DNA of 62,568 nt, the filler included. It is 5 parts of 5 records of this genome, joined end to end, with 100 filler letters (N's around TTAATTAATTAA, not from the genome) between each part and the next. Parts side by side here need not be neighbours in the genome. Positions count along the whole stretch, not along the records: positions 12,209 to 33,547 come from DRR378314_1491; 4 more parts are not named here. The stretch is one strand, 5' to 3'. The notes beneath the pieces are model-generated. The model was not told the DNA's origin and searched no databases. It was given only the letters and a program-made list of their open reading frames with translations. Each line of letters opens with the position of its first letter. Position 1 is the first letter of the stretch. Positions 12,283 to 26,500 of this stretch are shown piece after piece. A program made the translations under genes and the position numbers.

Positions 12283-15200
12283 TCACCTACTCCGATTGCG
12301 AATTGAACAAACTGTAACTCCATTACCAACAAATCTCATCATGATCGAGCCCAACGATACCTTGCACCAACAAAGACAAAGTTGGATCTGCGACATGTGG
12401 TTTCTGTTTGGCAAATCATTCGCTGTACCGCTTTCCCCGTTCCAGCCACAGAAAACGCGGGCACATAAAACCCGACCCGTCCAGAGCATATCGATACCCA
12501 AGTTTACAATCCCGTACATCGCACGTAGGCGCGCTGGGCGCCGGGGTGTTCGCAAGCACGCAGCACGTACCTCGATTCGTCCTGTAACACCGAATCCGAC
12601 CACGGAACCCCTGCCGTCTCCGTGAACTAAATCACACGTGAGTTGGGCGATTTCGAAAAACGAGACAGGGTCATCCGTTGCAGCGTTCACGGTGATGACG
12701 AATCCGACATCTACTCTGCATCCCTCTCTGGCGCGTTGTTCCCGCGCAGCTAGGAAGGCCTCGAGAACCGCACGAGGCGTCATACCGGCACGGCAGTGAC
12801 GCAGCGGTGAGACGAACAGCTCCATGTACCGCACACCGTCCTCCGCTGCGGCACTGACAAGCGCATTGAAGCCTGTTGTAATAGCTTCCGCATTTTGCAG
12901 CAAACTGACACTGGCGTCGCGGGCGCGAGCACGCGCCGCACCGTGCCCTTTCCCTGCACAAAATAGCTCGTGCGCCTCCTCTGTGGTCGAAAACAGCGCC
13001 GCACGTTGCTCTGTCGCAAGCTCGCTGAGCGCCGCAGCTGGAACAGAGGTCTCAAAGCGACAATGCAGATCTGCTTTCGGCAGTTTCTTCAAAAGGTCCA
13101 GTGTGATCGGCGGGTCGACATGGACCACGTTGAGGCGACATTCGCGTACGGGGCCACCTTCGTCCGCGTGCAGATCTAACCCGGCCGCCAGCTGCCAATG
13201 CCGCTGCAGAACCTGCGACACATCGTAGCCGTGCTCGCTCAGAGCATACACAATCTGCGCAAACGCCTCGTAGCGCAACGTCGTACGTTCCGTCTTGTCA
13301 ATGAACGCACTTGTGAACCCGTAGTCTATCATCGCAACCAAATCCGATATCGAAAGCCCGCACGCGGACTGGATACGCGCGTACTCCGAGCTTAGCGTCA
13401 CATTGCTCACTGTCTTGTTGTCCGTGCAAGGAACAACAACGACGCCGGCTTCATAGTACTGCCGAATCGGATGGTCGTCGAGGCTCGTGACGGCCTTCGT
13501 CTGCAGATTACTTGTGATGCACACTTCCAGCGGAATGCGGCGGTCCACGACGAATTTCAGCAGCTCAGCGTTCTCGCGCAGGCGCGTTCCGTGCCCGATC
13601 CGCTGTGCACCACAGCAGAAAATCGAGTCGTGGATCGACTCCCACCCGTCGGCCTCGCCCGAGTGCAACGTGCAATTTACGCAACGCGAGTGAATGATCG
13701 AAAATGCCTCCTGCACCGCCGGACATGAACAAACCATACGCCATTCATAGTGAGCAAGGGGATCAAACTCCAGGGTGAACGAAGGCCCAGATCAAAGACG
13801 TTGTATGCGCAAGACTTCGAACGGGCCATGTTCAGGCAAGCGAGTGAGCTATGGTTGCGGCGAGCTCGCAGGGTGTGCTCGCGGATGCAGGGGTGGTGCC
13901 ACAGGGCAGCGCGCTCGTCCAGTCTTACCTTGTGCTGCTCGGAAGAGAAGCCAGCCTCGGGGCCGGCCAGATCGAAACCCACGACGCCTTTCTGAGCATA
14001 CCGCCACGCGATTTCCGCAAGTGATTGTGTGACAGCCCCAGGAAGCTGTCGCATTCCACACACAATAAGCCGGCAGCGAATTGAAAGATGGTATTCCGCC
14101 AAAGAGAGGCCGTCGCACGCGGCCTCCATAATCTGCGACAAGCTCAGGCCTTCCTTGGTGTGAAGGATCGGACTGAACCGGATTTCCAGGTATCGCACAC
14201 CGTCGCGCGACGCATCTTCGCACACCTGTTCAAAGTTTCAGGTATTGCATTGCGCAGGCGAACAGAGCGCAAGCGTGTGAGGGGAAGGGAAAGGAAGATA
14301 TGTGAGAGTGCGAGCGCCAAGCAATCCTATTCTGAGACCCAGCGCACTCTCCCCATGCGCAGCACAGCGGCTGCGCAGTCGGCAAGAGCGACGCGCAACG
14401 TGCCCTGTAGCGCGCTTCGTCCAGCGCGGGGGAGGGAATATGCATAAAAGTGCATATCTACTCGATAGCTTCTCTGTACGAATTACGAGCGAATAGGGCA
14501 TAGCGTTCGTCCATGATGAAACACAGTCTGTCAGCTGCCAGCGACTAACATCTGCCTTCGCGCGCCCTCGACGCGGGCAGCGCAGTCGTACCTCGTACAC
14601 GCACCGCGTGATCGCGTACGCCTTCTGCATGACACTGAGCGTAATCTCGAAGCCGCGAAGGTAGTCGACCAAGCTCTCGCACGAGTCATCAACCGACACG
14701 AGTCCTTGCAATTCCTCGAGATTCTTTGTAGGCAATTCAACATTCTGCTGCCGCGCAAGATCGACAATCGTCGACACGCGAACGCTCCCGTCCAGGTGGC
14801 AGTGAAGATCCGCCTGTACGAAGTACGTGAAGCAGAAAGTGCTGAATTCTCAGCGTCGCGTTCCTCTCCCGCACCGCACGCAGTTGCCGTTCAGACGCGC
14901 GACAGTACACTCCAGAGTACCCAACGAAATTACCATTCAACTCCCAACAAGCGATACCTTCGCGGGACGCACCCCGCCTCATAAACGCGGACGACGTATC
15001 GGACAGAAGGCGAGAGCACACAGGACTCCGCTACAGCGGGAGAAGCTCCGTGCCACTCCTCTGCGCACTAGCACAGGTGAGCTCGTTTCTCCTCCTGATT
15101 GCACGCAACAGAACCGCCAAGCGCAGCCGGGGATGCGCTTTGGCCGCTTATGCAACGAGCACCCATGTAAGCGTGACCAACACCGCAAACTTGAATCATC

Positions 15201-16177
15201 GCGGCGTATTTCAGACAACGCAAACGTGCAGGCGGTGTCCCACAGGAGCAGGTGCTGTGAAAAGGACCAGCGGGTAGCGCCCCGACGAAATAAACTGCGG
15301 AGAACGCGCGCGCGCGCGTTCAGTTGCGCACGCACGAGAACTCCACACGGGCACCACCTTGACCTGTCGGACACTACAAGCCATCAGGACGAGCCGCGCA
15401 CACCATCAGTGCGCCTCGATCATAGAATAAATAAATTACGATCCGAACCCTATGTGCGCTGCGAAGGAAGCAGCTCGGGAAACGGTGTTCGCAAGAAGCT
15501 GCGGCCGCGCGCACTCGCGCGCCCTCACAACACCCGCGCGCCGCACGCCACTATCAGCAGCGCGGAGCGAACCCTCGTGCCGCGCACGCGTGCGCAGCGG
15601 CAGCAGCAGCGTCTCGCGAACGGACACCGCGACGTGCTGCACTGCAGCACCATACTTTGGGGAATTGTCGAATCAAGTCCACTGGAAGAATAGCATCGTC
15701 TCCAAGTTTTGACTGCAAGAGCCGGGAAAATAGGAAACGAGAAAGAGGGCAGCAAGATAACGAGGAACGTAAGGAGCAGGAAGGCAGATCCCCGCGCTGC
15801 TCTTGCTTTGACTTGCGCGTGCCGCGGCGCGTCAGCGCGCAGGCGGAACGGCGCACTGCGGGCGATGCGAAACTTGCGCGTACCATGTTCGCACAATGTC
15901 GCACAATCCGCTCACAGATTGTAATTTCACGATCTAGGAGAAGTCGCGTTTGATCGCAAGTGGGAGCGCCTCAGGATGGGATAAACTCCGGAAACTAAGC
16001 GAGAAAGTGCCGCCGCGAATAACAAGGTGCTGGTCGAGCAGTCACGCAGCGTGTGTCAATTTCGCGCGAACAGACCCTTTCTAGACGGCGCGGCAGTGCA
16101 GCGCTGCGAGGGAGCGCTCGGCGCGCGGGCAACTGAGAAGCATGTCCAAGTACAGGCACCCTTCTTCTTTCGGGCAT
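12283..16177 (-). CDS. ADA: Adenosine deaminase-family protein with two tandem ADA domains. Exons 16177-16160, 15712-15656, 14813-14592, 14225-13929, 13710-12571; 3' end uncertain near gap
   Basis: LIRQFPKADLHCHLDGSVR, DGVRYLEIRFSP, GVVGFDLAGPE, TLHSGE, RIGHG, LEVCITSN, PCTDN. A second copy follows: LLKKLPKADLHCRFETSV, DGVRYMELFVSP, SVVGFGV. The 18-nt first exon is less certain. Confidence 0.88.
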
Positions 16178-16812
16178 GTTTGAATCTTCAGCTCCGAACG
16201 CACGCCTCGCACGCGAAATGCGGAACGCTCCGCCCCGTCGATGCGCTGCGCAACACCATTTCCGCTTTCATGACCCATTAGAACAATAAGCATCAGAAAA
16301 CACCGTCGAATCAATTATAATACCGCGCGTTTGCGCACGATAGCTCAACAAAGCGACGCCGGTGCGACGATTAGTGACGGCAAACGAGAAAGTGCGCTTC
16401 TCTGTCCTTAACCACAGCGTCAACCCTGAGGCGATGAGCAACGCAGGTTGCCGAGCAGCTTCGTCTGGATCTTGAGCACACGCAACAAGGACCCATATGT
16501 TATCCTACAGCCTTCCAACCCGCTATCAGAGAACAGTTTTGTTCGAAACTGTCGCCTATATGACAACATTGTGCACCATTCACTTGGCGATCACGACAGA
16601 GGACAAAACCGAACCACCCTCAAGCTGGCAAGAGACCTTGGAACGCTCACGCAGTTTTATTTCACTCGCAGCCCCCTAGGCGCTAACTGCTGTCTACAGC
16701 CCGCTATGTGCGGTACAAGGCAATGCCAACATGCGGTATATCTCATACGCACGACGCGCGTTCATGTGATTGTGTGCAAATATAACGAGCGGCGTATTCG
16801 AGCACAACGTGC

Positions 16813-19800
16813 TTACGGCAGTAGCAATTCCTCTACATCCTCAAACTCGTCCTCGCTGTACTCCTCCGTGTCCTCCTTGGACTGCTGCGCGAGCAGCACC
16901 GCTGCACTCTGCTGAGCTGGCCTCCCGTCTACAAAGATACTGGAAAAAGAGCCGTCGGCTGCGTCAAAAGGAAGCGAAAATCCATCCATTAGCAGCAACG
17001 TACGGTTACAATAGTGACCCGCACACAGACGATTGTAACGAGCAAACACTTGTTGCATCATGCGTGCAGCGTCTGAAACCCAAGCGAGCGGGAAGGGAGC
17101 CGCGTGGCGCTTTTCAGGTGCGATTCTCGGTTTGCTGAGCCTAGCCCGACGCTCACGGAACACAATGGGCGTCCAACGCACGGACTTTCATCACCTTTGC
17201 ACTGGACATCGCACCCGTTTCGAGGCATACCTTGTGTAGTGTCCATTGAAACACTTGCGCCGATATTTTCTGATGTCCTTATGAGGTCGTCCGAGCTTAC
17301 CGACACCATCGAACCGCGGGCGGCCACGTCCAGGGATTGATACGCTTCGACGGACGTGCAAAGGTCCTCGACTGCTCCCGTCGACCTTGCTGCCGCCGTG
17401 GCCCCGGCACTGGGCTCTGCGTCTGAGTCAGCAGTGCTTACATCCGATGGAGGCAGTTGATCAGCCTCGTATTGCGCAAAAGTTTCTGTGGGAGTGTCCA
17501 TGCGACTGGTCAGGCTTGATTGTGCTGCCGCACGCTCCCGTGCGGGGACGCGCTGCGAGCGCAACACGGGAGACCCGGATCGCATTTTCTTGTCTCTTCC
17601 TTCTTCTTTGCCAGCGTCCTCCTGTTTATCCTCAACCGAAACTTTTTGACTCAATTCATCGATTGAATTGATATTGGTTGGCTGTTTCTCATTATGAGAG
17701 TGATTTCTGGAATCATGTGACAGCTCCTGAGGCCGTTCACTTTCGCCAACCGGCCGCTCGTCCAGCATCTCGCCGTGGGTGGCAGAGAGGCGAGACAGAA
17801 GAGCATCCACCTCCGCCCGCGCAGCGAGAAAGTGCGGATCCTGCTCCACGAGAAAGGTACACCGTATGAGACGTGTCAGAATAGAACGAACGCAACTACC
17901 CGTGCGATGTCTTTGCCTTCCATATATACAAGGCAATGCGGACAGGGCAGTCTCTCCAAAAGCTCCCTTGCAACTACATCCTTGCCACGCACACAGAAAG
18001 CGTGCTGACAATCATACAGTCACTATTTACCAAGCGGAACGCGGAGTCCCAAAAGGACTCACCGAGCAAGGATGCGAGGGTCGCTCTTGCATGCAAGGCT
18101 ACCATATCGCCGATACGTCGCGAATTGGGGAGCTCGTGCTGCTCGAGCGTTGCTACAGCACTCGCACCTTTTGTTTGGCACGCATTGCCTGTTGGCTCTT
18201 CATTTTCTCTGCTGCTCGGCGAAACGAAACCTTGTCAGCAGGTTGCAGCTTGGATTGCTGGAAGCGCAAGCAGGAGTGAGCAGCCACGGCCATGTACAGG
18301 CAGGAACAAGTAGGCAGCCGTCAACGGGGGAGAAGTACCGGAGCAAAAGGAGAGCCGCGGTGGCATGGAATACAAGGTGCTCATTTCAATATCCAGCCAT
18401 CAACCAACAAGCATCAAAATGATGTGATAATCCCAACTACACCGCGTCTGCAACGACTTTGGAGAGAAAATCACCTCTGCGTGGACCCAATATCACGTGA
18501 AGGGGCACATGCGCTACTGTATCGTTGGCTGGACTTGCGTCAATTGTCGATCCGCACCTCGAACGATTGCGAAGCCTCTTGCACCAAGTCCCGCACCGCA
18601 TCCTGTGTCTCCTCAGATTGGATTTTCAGCTGTGGAGAACTCGAACGTTTGCCCAGTAGACTTCGCATGGTTGGAGCCAGTGCCGAAAGTGCACTGATTA
18701 CGGGATTGAGAGTGTCGCGCTTCGCTGTTACATTTGTAGATATTGGGGCTCGCCCGGTGAAGATTTCGTCGCTAAGGTTTACCGGTGAACCTGTGTCGCT
18801 GCTAGCGTCATCGTCTACTTCGGACACATCCCGAAATGATGCAGATCTCTTCGCTCTCTCGACTTCAGTATGCCCTGCGACCTGGACGGTATCCATTTCT
18901 GTCGAAGAAGATGGCACATGTTGCTGGTTGCTAGTTTCTGCGCGCCCTTCGACACGATCGTCACCGAATCTGCCGCCGTCACGTGGTTTCTTCTTTCTCT
19001 GTTTCTCTTGCTCCGCCACCACTTTGTTTCTGGATTTCTGCCAAAATGCGACTCGTTTTGGCTTCGTGTGGGCAGGTCGTTGGTTTGCCCGTTTCGGAGA
19101 GCTCTGCGCTGCATCCTGAAGACTTTGCTCGGCGGGGGGTGTAGGAGTGTCTGGCATTACACTGGCCGAGGCGTTGACCGCACTGCACGAGCCAGAATCG
19201 GTCTCCGTCCTTTGGTTCTCTTGAATACGACCCTGCAACGTGTTCTTTGAAAGAGGAAATCAACGTTCAGCGCAGAATTCCCGTGTCACCAGATACACGC
19301 GCGACGTGGTATACTCGAGCAACAACACACGTATGCGAAACCAAACACTTGCCGTAGATAAGAAGCGATCATTCCCTCTTGTATACCCTTTCGCAGCGGC
19401 GCCCTCGAATCAACCGCCGACGCTGGCAATTAAGCTGATCACTCGTGAAATGAAACCCCTTTATTTGAAAAAAAGAATAATCCATTTGTAAAATGGCCCT
19501 AGCAGAGGTTATTGGTGTAGACTTGCATTGCTTGTGTTTACGCGGGCACAGCTCAGGTCAAAAGTCCGCAAGGAGTGACTGGCCAACATGCTACTGCAGT
19601 ATGCTTACCTCCGCAGCTGGGATGATATTGACATTGTGTGCGTGCGCCATACGTTGTTCGCCAGGTACATCAGGCTGTACAGTTTGTACTCCGGCGTCAC
19701 TGCCAGCTCCAACACCGGCGCTTGCAATGCGCTTCGCCTAAGACACAGAAACGTCGAGAGTATCGCAGGGAGAGTTAGCGACTAGAAACTATTTCTCTAC

Positions 19801-22800
19801 CAAGTACATCTTGGCAGACTCTACAGGTCCTCGGATAAGGATGTGTCCATTTTCTTGTTCAACTGAGCGCAAACATGCTCTACAGGCAGCAATTCTCTCC
19901 CTGGATTGGTACACACCATGTCCACAGAAATGCTCGTCAGCTGCTTTTCATACATTGCCCGTAGGGTTGCCAGCTGTTCTTCAGATTCCCTTTTCCTGTG
20001 CCGTACGCAAAACGAGAACCTTTTTTCCTTAAGTAAGACATTGTTGGCGCACGATGAGATCGAACTCATGTCAAATACCCAAGTGCCCATTCCCACGGCA
20101 ACGCCACTATCGTAAAGGGCGCGGGAGCTTGCGCCCTCATAAGCATGCCGTAGCAGGATTCCTGTACGCGCGCGCGCACAGTGTAGCCTTTGCCAAACTC
20201 ACCGCATTCCAGCGTTCATAGAAATAGCACGTTTTGTAGCCATGAATTTTTGCAAGAGTATTCCCGTATTGCAAACACTAGGTATGCAAATGTGAAGCAA
20301 AGAAGTTGTAATGATTGTGGCATCTGCGCCGGAGAAAGTGGGAATCACAGCCCTGGCGTACGTACATGGAGGCCACTGTGTCTTGAAATTCAGCAGCTCT
20401 TTCTTCCATGGCTCTTTGGAGTTCTTTGTGCTCCTGTTTGCGTTCATTCTCTGCCTGAGCAATCCGCGCTTCTGCTCTCTTGCGTTCTTCTTCCGCATGC
20501 GCTGTCGCGGCGTCGCGCTCCTGTCGTAGGGAAGCGAGCTCAGCGTCCAGCCGCCTTACTTCATCGCCCTCGCGCGCTTGGAATTGATCTGCTGAGACCC
20601 TCAGGCTGGTGTTTTCAGTTGTTAGCGCAGCTATCCTTGTTTCCAGCACCCGAATCTGCTGGTCCCACTCTGGTCTTGCAACAGCGTCTCGCTGTGAGTT
20701 CAAGAGGTCGTTGCGCATTTGCGCATTCTGCTCACGTAAATCTGCCAAGTCTTGCTGCACGCTCGACAGGCGCTCCATCAGACTTTCAGTCCCCAGCCAC
20801 TCTGCGCGCAATTTGTCTTGCACAACTGCCTGCGAGGTGACCTTTTCGCGTATATCTGCAGTGTCATCGATCATAAAGGAACATACGTTCGCGTAAGGGC
20901 ATATGCGGTGCCTATATGGACTTCGGATGGATGAGCTCCTGACAGGGCTTAGCGTTAGGGTCGTTGCTCTACCCGTTCCAGTGACACATGGAGCACCCCC
21001 CCCATCCTCTTCCGAACGAGAATGTGTAAAACCGCTTCAATCCTGCGTATCTCTCCCGTTCCTGCGGCGCGATGAGTTTACCCCTTCGAGCAGGGACTGG
21101 TTCGCAAAAACCTATACACATGCAGCGAAGTCTCTCGCATCCTTTCCCGCTGCCGCCCCACGCCAAGCACAGGGCGGAAGTGATGGAGACAGTACATGAC
21201 GCAAAAGCGGTCTCCTCCGCCACCCGCGTACGTACGCTCGAGTTCGCCAAGAAGCTTCGCTGAATCGTCTGAAGTTGCTGTTGGGTGTAACTTGAGCGAA
21301 TTGATTTGATCACGAAGCTCTACCAGCTGCGCGCGAATTCCTTCAATTTCCTGGACATTCGCGGCACTGCACACGCCATTTGTCCGGAGCAACGGCGAGT
21401 GTCAAGTCGAGTCACGCCATTTCGCTCTCAGCGAAATCAATCTGACGCCCGTTCTATTGGTGCGTTTGTTCTCTCTGGGTATGTTTGTTTTGAGAGCATA
21501 GTAGCCAGGACTATGATGGACTTGCGCGGAAAACTCAGAAAGGTGCTGTTGGCACGGCGATAAGTTTCTCTGCCTTGGCTGCAAAATCACCGTAGTTTCC
21601 GGTAGAAGTCGCAAATCGGCGGTACGACATACCGCTGCGATACTTCGGACCTCTCCGTAAGCTCGTCAGTATGAACATTTATCGAAGAAGGCATCTCACG
21701 CGCATGCGCAGGATCTCGTAGTCTGGCACATCACATTGTGGCGGTCGCCCGTATGGTACATGATCACCGAAGGGAACATGGAAGTCAGACGGGTCTACCG
21801 CATAGTCGTGGTGGGAGCAGCCCATGCGCTAGTTGCTCCACCGCAGAAATGAAGCTCGAATATTTCTCGCTCTGTGATCAAGCATGTCACCTCATATCTC
21901 ACTCCTCTCCATCTCTTTTGTTGCTGTGCGCCTGCACGCATATTCTCTGTTAACGATATGTGATATGGCGCCAGCCGCATGTACGACAAGTGCTGTGCAT
22001 ATTGCAACACACCCTGATGAGCCTGCAACAACGATCTCCTGAGGCCGATCCCTTCCCTTTGCCTGCATGCGCACCGGAGTGGTGCGAGTATTGAGAACGA
22101 TCCGTTAGCGCACGCCTGTACGATGAGATACGTACATCTCGCAAGAATGCTGATTGCATTGCTTGGCCCAGGGGTGTACGTCCAGTGTTACACAAGCAGG
22201 CAGTGTCCCCTGTCGATCGTGGGATGTACACACGAGCACGACGTTTGGAAGAGCATTTCCCGCGCAGCTTGTCCAACTCGCGCCTGTCCAGGAGAAGAAA
22301 TACGTCGTGCGCATTTCACCATCTAATAGAACGACAGCAGAAACATAGCGGAACGTTTATGACACGCAGCAGCTGGTACCTCCACAATCTTTGGGGAATA
22401 CGTACCAGTATTTCGTACTTGTTCGCAAGTTTCTTCTGTGCTCGAAGCTCCTTACGGAGGAATCCAATTTCCGTTTTCTGATTGCGCAGCGCAGTGGCTG
22501 CGCGTGCAAGATGACGACGAATCTCTTCACACTCGGATCGCTTTTTCTTGCGCTCGCGGAGAAGCACTGTCTGTGCGTGTAGAAGGTACTCGACCATTGT
22601 CTGCGCAAGCAAAACGAAGCTGAACATGTCTCGGGGTGAAATATTCGTCATGTCTGTAAGCGACAGGGGCGAAAAACACACAGATGCGAAATGTATGCCA
22701 AAGCCCAGATCAACCAGTTCCGTCAAGTTTCCTTTAGGCGTACAAGAAAGCGAAGGTGAGATCGTTTCGGCGTTACACTGCTACGGATAGTTGTGTCCAC

Positions 22801-23410
22801 GCACCTGCTTCAGCGAACGCCCCGAACGCAACCATGTCTACATACTGCTGCAGGGTCTCGATGTCGTTCTGGTGCAGCAGCAGAACACGGACGGTCAACA
22901 GCGGCATTGTATGGACCCAGCCACGTCCACATGGTGAGATATACAGAAAGAGCGAGCAACAAGCAAACATATCAGGGTACGTCGACTGCTGCCGTGAAAA
23001 AAATGTAGGGGTAGCACGTATCGACGTGCGCTCACAGAAGCAACAGCTATCTCTGACAACATCGTCTGTCGAAAGCCCGCCAGCCACGATCTGCATGTAC
23101 CTCGTTACATGGGCGTGTTGAAACCCGCTCTTCCCTAACTGAGAATCAGCAGATCCCTTCTGCGCCTACTTTAAAACATTAGTCTTTTGCAATAGTTTGT
23201 ACTCGCAGCTATGCGCGAGCCTGCGATGCAACGTACTTGCTGCCGGAGGGAGTGTACGTTTGCCGAGCGAATTCGCCTCCAGTCAATCGGTACGGTTTGA
23301 GCAGTAAATTGAAATACTCGTTGGCGCGCCGCGTTCCGAAACCGAACCCCATCATCATCTATCGATGATTGAATGGATGTTGAAGTCGAGGAGGAGGAAG
23401 TGTAATCCAT
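16813..23410 (-). CDS. DZIP1: DZIP1/Iguana-like basal-body protein: N-terminal Dzip-like domain, coiled coils, acidic disordered tail. Multi-exon; internal exons partly resolved
   Basis: N-terminal exons give FQFTAQTVPIDWRRIRSANVHSLRQQ / DIETLQQYVDMVAF / DMFSFVLLAQTMVEYLLHAQ, resembling Dzip-like_N. Same-strand coiled-coil exons at ~21235-21350, 20360-20860, 19915-19995, and low-complexity exons at ~18540-19232, 17060-17840, 16813-16930. Joining these into one gene is inference. Confidence 0.62.
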
Positions 23411-23572
23411 TCTCGCTACAAAATAAACGACACATTTTTGCTGTCGAATGTCTGTGAGTGTTTGTCAATCTCGCGTGGAAGGGCAGGGACGGGCTCGCAC
23501 TACCGGGCAAGGCGCACTGGAGATGGGCGGCTGTCGGCGGAGCGGCGGGGAAGAGGGCAAACGCTGCGCACT

Positions 23573-26500
23573 ATGAACCAAGATCAGTCGTCGACAAGAC
23601 GTGCGCCCGATCGAATCTCCCTTGAAAGAGAAGCTAGCCGCACTGTAGACCAAGACGAAGAATATATATTGCAATATGTTATACAAGTACTGCCTTTCCC
23701 GCACCAGGAGAGCCTTGGATATCACGCCCTGTCTTGGCACAAACGCAAGCTGATGCAGGCTTGCAGGCGTGTAGCCGACCTTACTGTTCCGTTTCCCGCG
23801 TGCCGCGGGCGATATGTCTCTGAAGCAGCGTGCTTTCAACAGGAAAGCCATACCCTCGAAGTCATAAGGACGTGCTATGCTGGAATTAGATACGTACCAT
23901 GCGCTGTGCTTTATTCTTTCTACGGGGCGCCCTTGCAACGTACGGTTGCCGGCTTGACGAATAACGCGCGCGCTGGCGTTTGCGCAGGCGCCACCGTTTT
24001 CTGTTCAGTGCCGAAATTCGCCCGCTTCCCGCGCTTTTCCTCTCCCCCCTCGTGCCTGCCAACCCCAGGAACGTAAAACAAACGTAGGGTTACTTTGCTT
24101 ATGCACACACTTACTCTTTCCCCGCGCCAACATGTGGTCACTGTCATCTCGCTTGTCGGAAAGTGGGAGAATTTGAAATTGCTATGGCCGCTGGAAGGCA
24201 CATGCTGCCAGGGATCGACGTATTTTCGCATGCAAGACAAGTACTTACCATCTCGAGCGCAAGTGACGTGTTCTTCTCGTCAACTTGCCCCTTCCTCATA
24301 CGGGTGCACCGGATCTACTGTCCGTGTAAGTAGCGAACTCTGCCTGCGGAGGCCGCTGCGTTGCGCAACGCTGGTTCGGAGGATAGGGCGTATCCTACGA
24401 GGCGCTAGGGCTCTGCAGCCCCAACAGGAGGCTCGCAGGATACATACGGACTTCACTTGACAGCACTGTCCCGACGTGGACGGCACTTCCCTTTGCAAAA
24501 CTACGCGTATTTCGATATATTGATTGCTACGAACGTTTGCGATTTGGGATTCAGAAGTGTCATAAAGATTCGCCGAGGTCATCTAGTGTGGGCGCGCTTG
24601 TGGTGCGGCAACAGAGTGCGCTTGGATGGCTTTTGCACTGCGGCTGAATGATCGCATCCAAGATGCACAAGAAATGGTACATAGCCTTGAAAGAGAGCTT
24701 TCCCAGGCAAGAGAACAGGTTACGTCTACTAAAGCGTTACTACAGACGGCTCAAGAAGAAATCATCGAGCTGAAGCGCGAAAATGCGCGCGCTTTAGATC
24801 TGTATCGTGAGGCCAGCAGGGAGGGCGTCGAGTTGTCCAACAAACTCAAGGTCAGTTCCGTAGTGCGGACCTGCGTGCGTTCCACGAGAAGTCCCCTTGA
24901 TCATGCGATCTGATTCTCAGATGCGAGCCGGGTGATCTTTTCATTCGCAAATAAGACGACTTGCAGTGTGCATGGCGGTACACGATACGTTCAGCTCCCT
25001 GGTGGAAGAGGAATTCCAGTACTTCCATGCGTTGGGGAGTGCGGTTGCCACCCTGCAGCCGACCTCTGCTGACCAAGGCGCAACGCGTAGCGCTTGGTGT
25101 TTCGCAGAGCGCGCGCACATATTCTCACGCGCGATGTAGTACGATAAAACAGGCTACAGATATTCCGTCGATGTCGTTGCAAAACGGTACCATTCAGACC
25201 CTAATGAGTAATAGCTTGCATATGCGGCACAGGAAGGTGAAGAGGTCGCAGCAGACTTGGGTCGTGCAAAGGAGGAGCTCGACGCCAAACTAAAGTACGT
25301 CACAAGCGTCAGTGCGGGGCGCGACAGTAGTCCTCCCCCTTCGCCAACAGAAAGCTTCAAATACTTATCCGGCCCGAGCAATTGAATTAACGTAATAGCT
25401 TGCGAGAAGAATTATATATCACCCCAGCAGCACCAAAGGAAGAGAAATTGCTTGCGTATGTCGTTGTGCCGATGGTCGCTTCCAGAGTCGCGCAGAAGGA
25501 GATCCACCAACTGCAGGAGACGGTAGCCGGCTACAGAGACCGGCAGCTGCGCGACAGCGACCGCATCTCGGATCTGCAGGACGAAAACGAACGCCTTCAG
25601 AAATCCTTGACAAGCGCATCTAGTTTAGCGTCCAGAGTCCGTGACGCGCTCGTTGATTCGCGCCGCAAGCTGGAAAAAGTTGCGTTTGGCTTGGCATGGT
25701 GCTCATTGCAGAGCTGTGACCATCATTTCGTGACTCTCGTCCATCCTATACTCTGGCAGCGCATGTCGTTACACCGTGACTCTTTTTCGCCAACAGGCTT
25801 TACGCTATGTAAGTGAGCATGCGCTGCTATATAGAGTAGATTTATTGCGCTTCCCGAATTCGCGAAAGAAGGTGGGAAAACTGGCTTTCCCGAGACTTCA
25901 TATGCGCAGGAAGCGGTGCACCGCGGCTATGTGGCTGGTTTCTCGTAGTAAACTCGTCGCGAGGACGCCTCGTGCTCCTACAGGAACGTAAGGAAAAAGA
26001 GGCATTGGACGAAAAGGTCACAAAGTTATTGCTTCAAGTACGAAGTCTTGTCGACAAAGCCAAAATAGGCGAAAAGCAGCACCGCTTGGCCGCTGATGCT
26101 CGCGATAAGTATCGGGCAGAAGCGCGAAGCTGGGAGCGCCGGGTAAGCTACCGCACGCGTGGCCTCCCTGCCTGCATTCTGCAGGGCCCGGAGTGCGGGT
26201 GTGGTTCCCAAATGGATCACATGCCATATACTCCAACAATCCATTGGATAGACATATGGCGATGTATGAATGTGCACCGTCCGCGTTGTATCCACCGGGT
26301 GGGTGGCGCAAGAGTTCTCTTCCCAAGGGAAGCAGAATGCATATTTGGTAGTGCTGCAGGAATGTGGCGAGGAGAGCGAAGTTAATCGCCATGTTTCTGG
26401 CTTCTGATACCGAGCAACGCTGTTTGCGTTTGTATATAGTATCAATTGCAATGCAAAAAGGTTGAGCGTGCAATTGAGGCAGAAAGGCAGGCCAATCGAG

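Noticed and set aside
21600-22320. C2H2 zinc finger expected in DZIP1
   Set aside because: No convincing CxxC...HxxxH exon could be assembled, so it is not claimed; this lowers confidence in the DZIP1 call.
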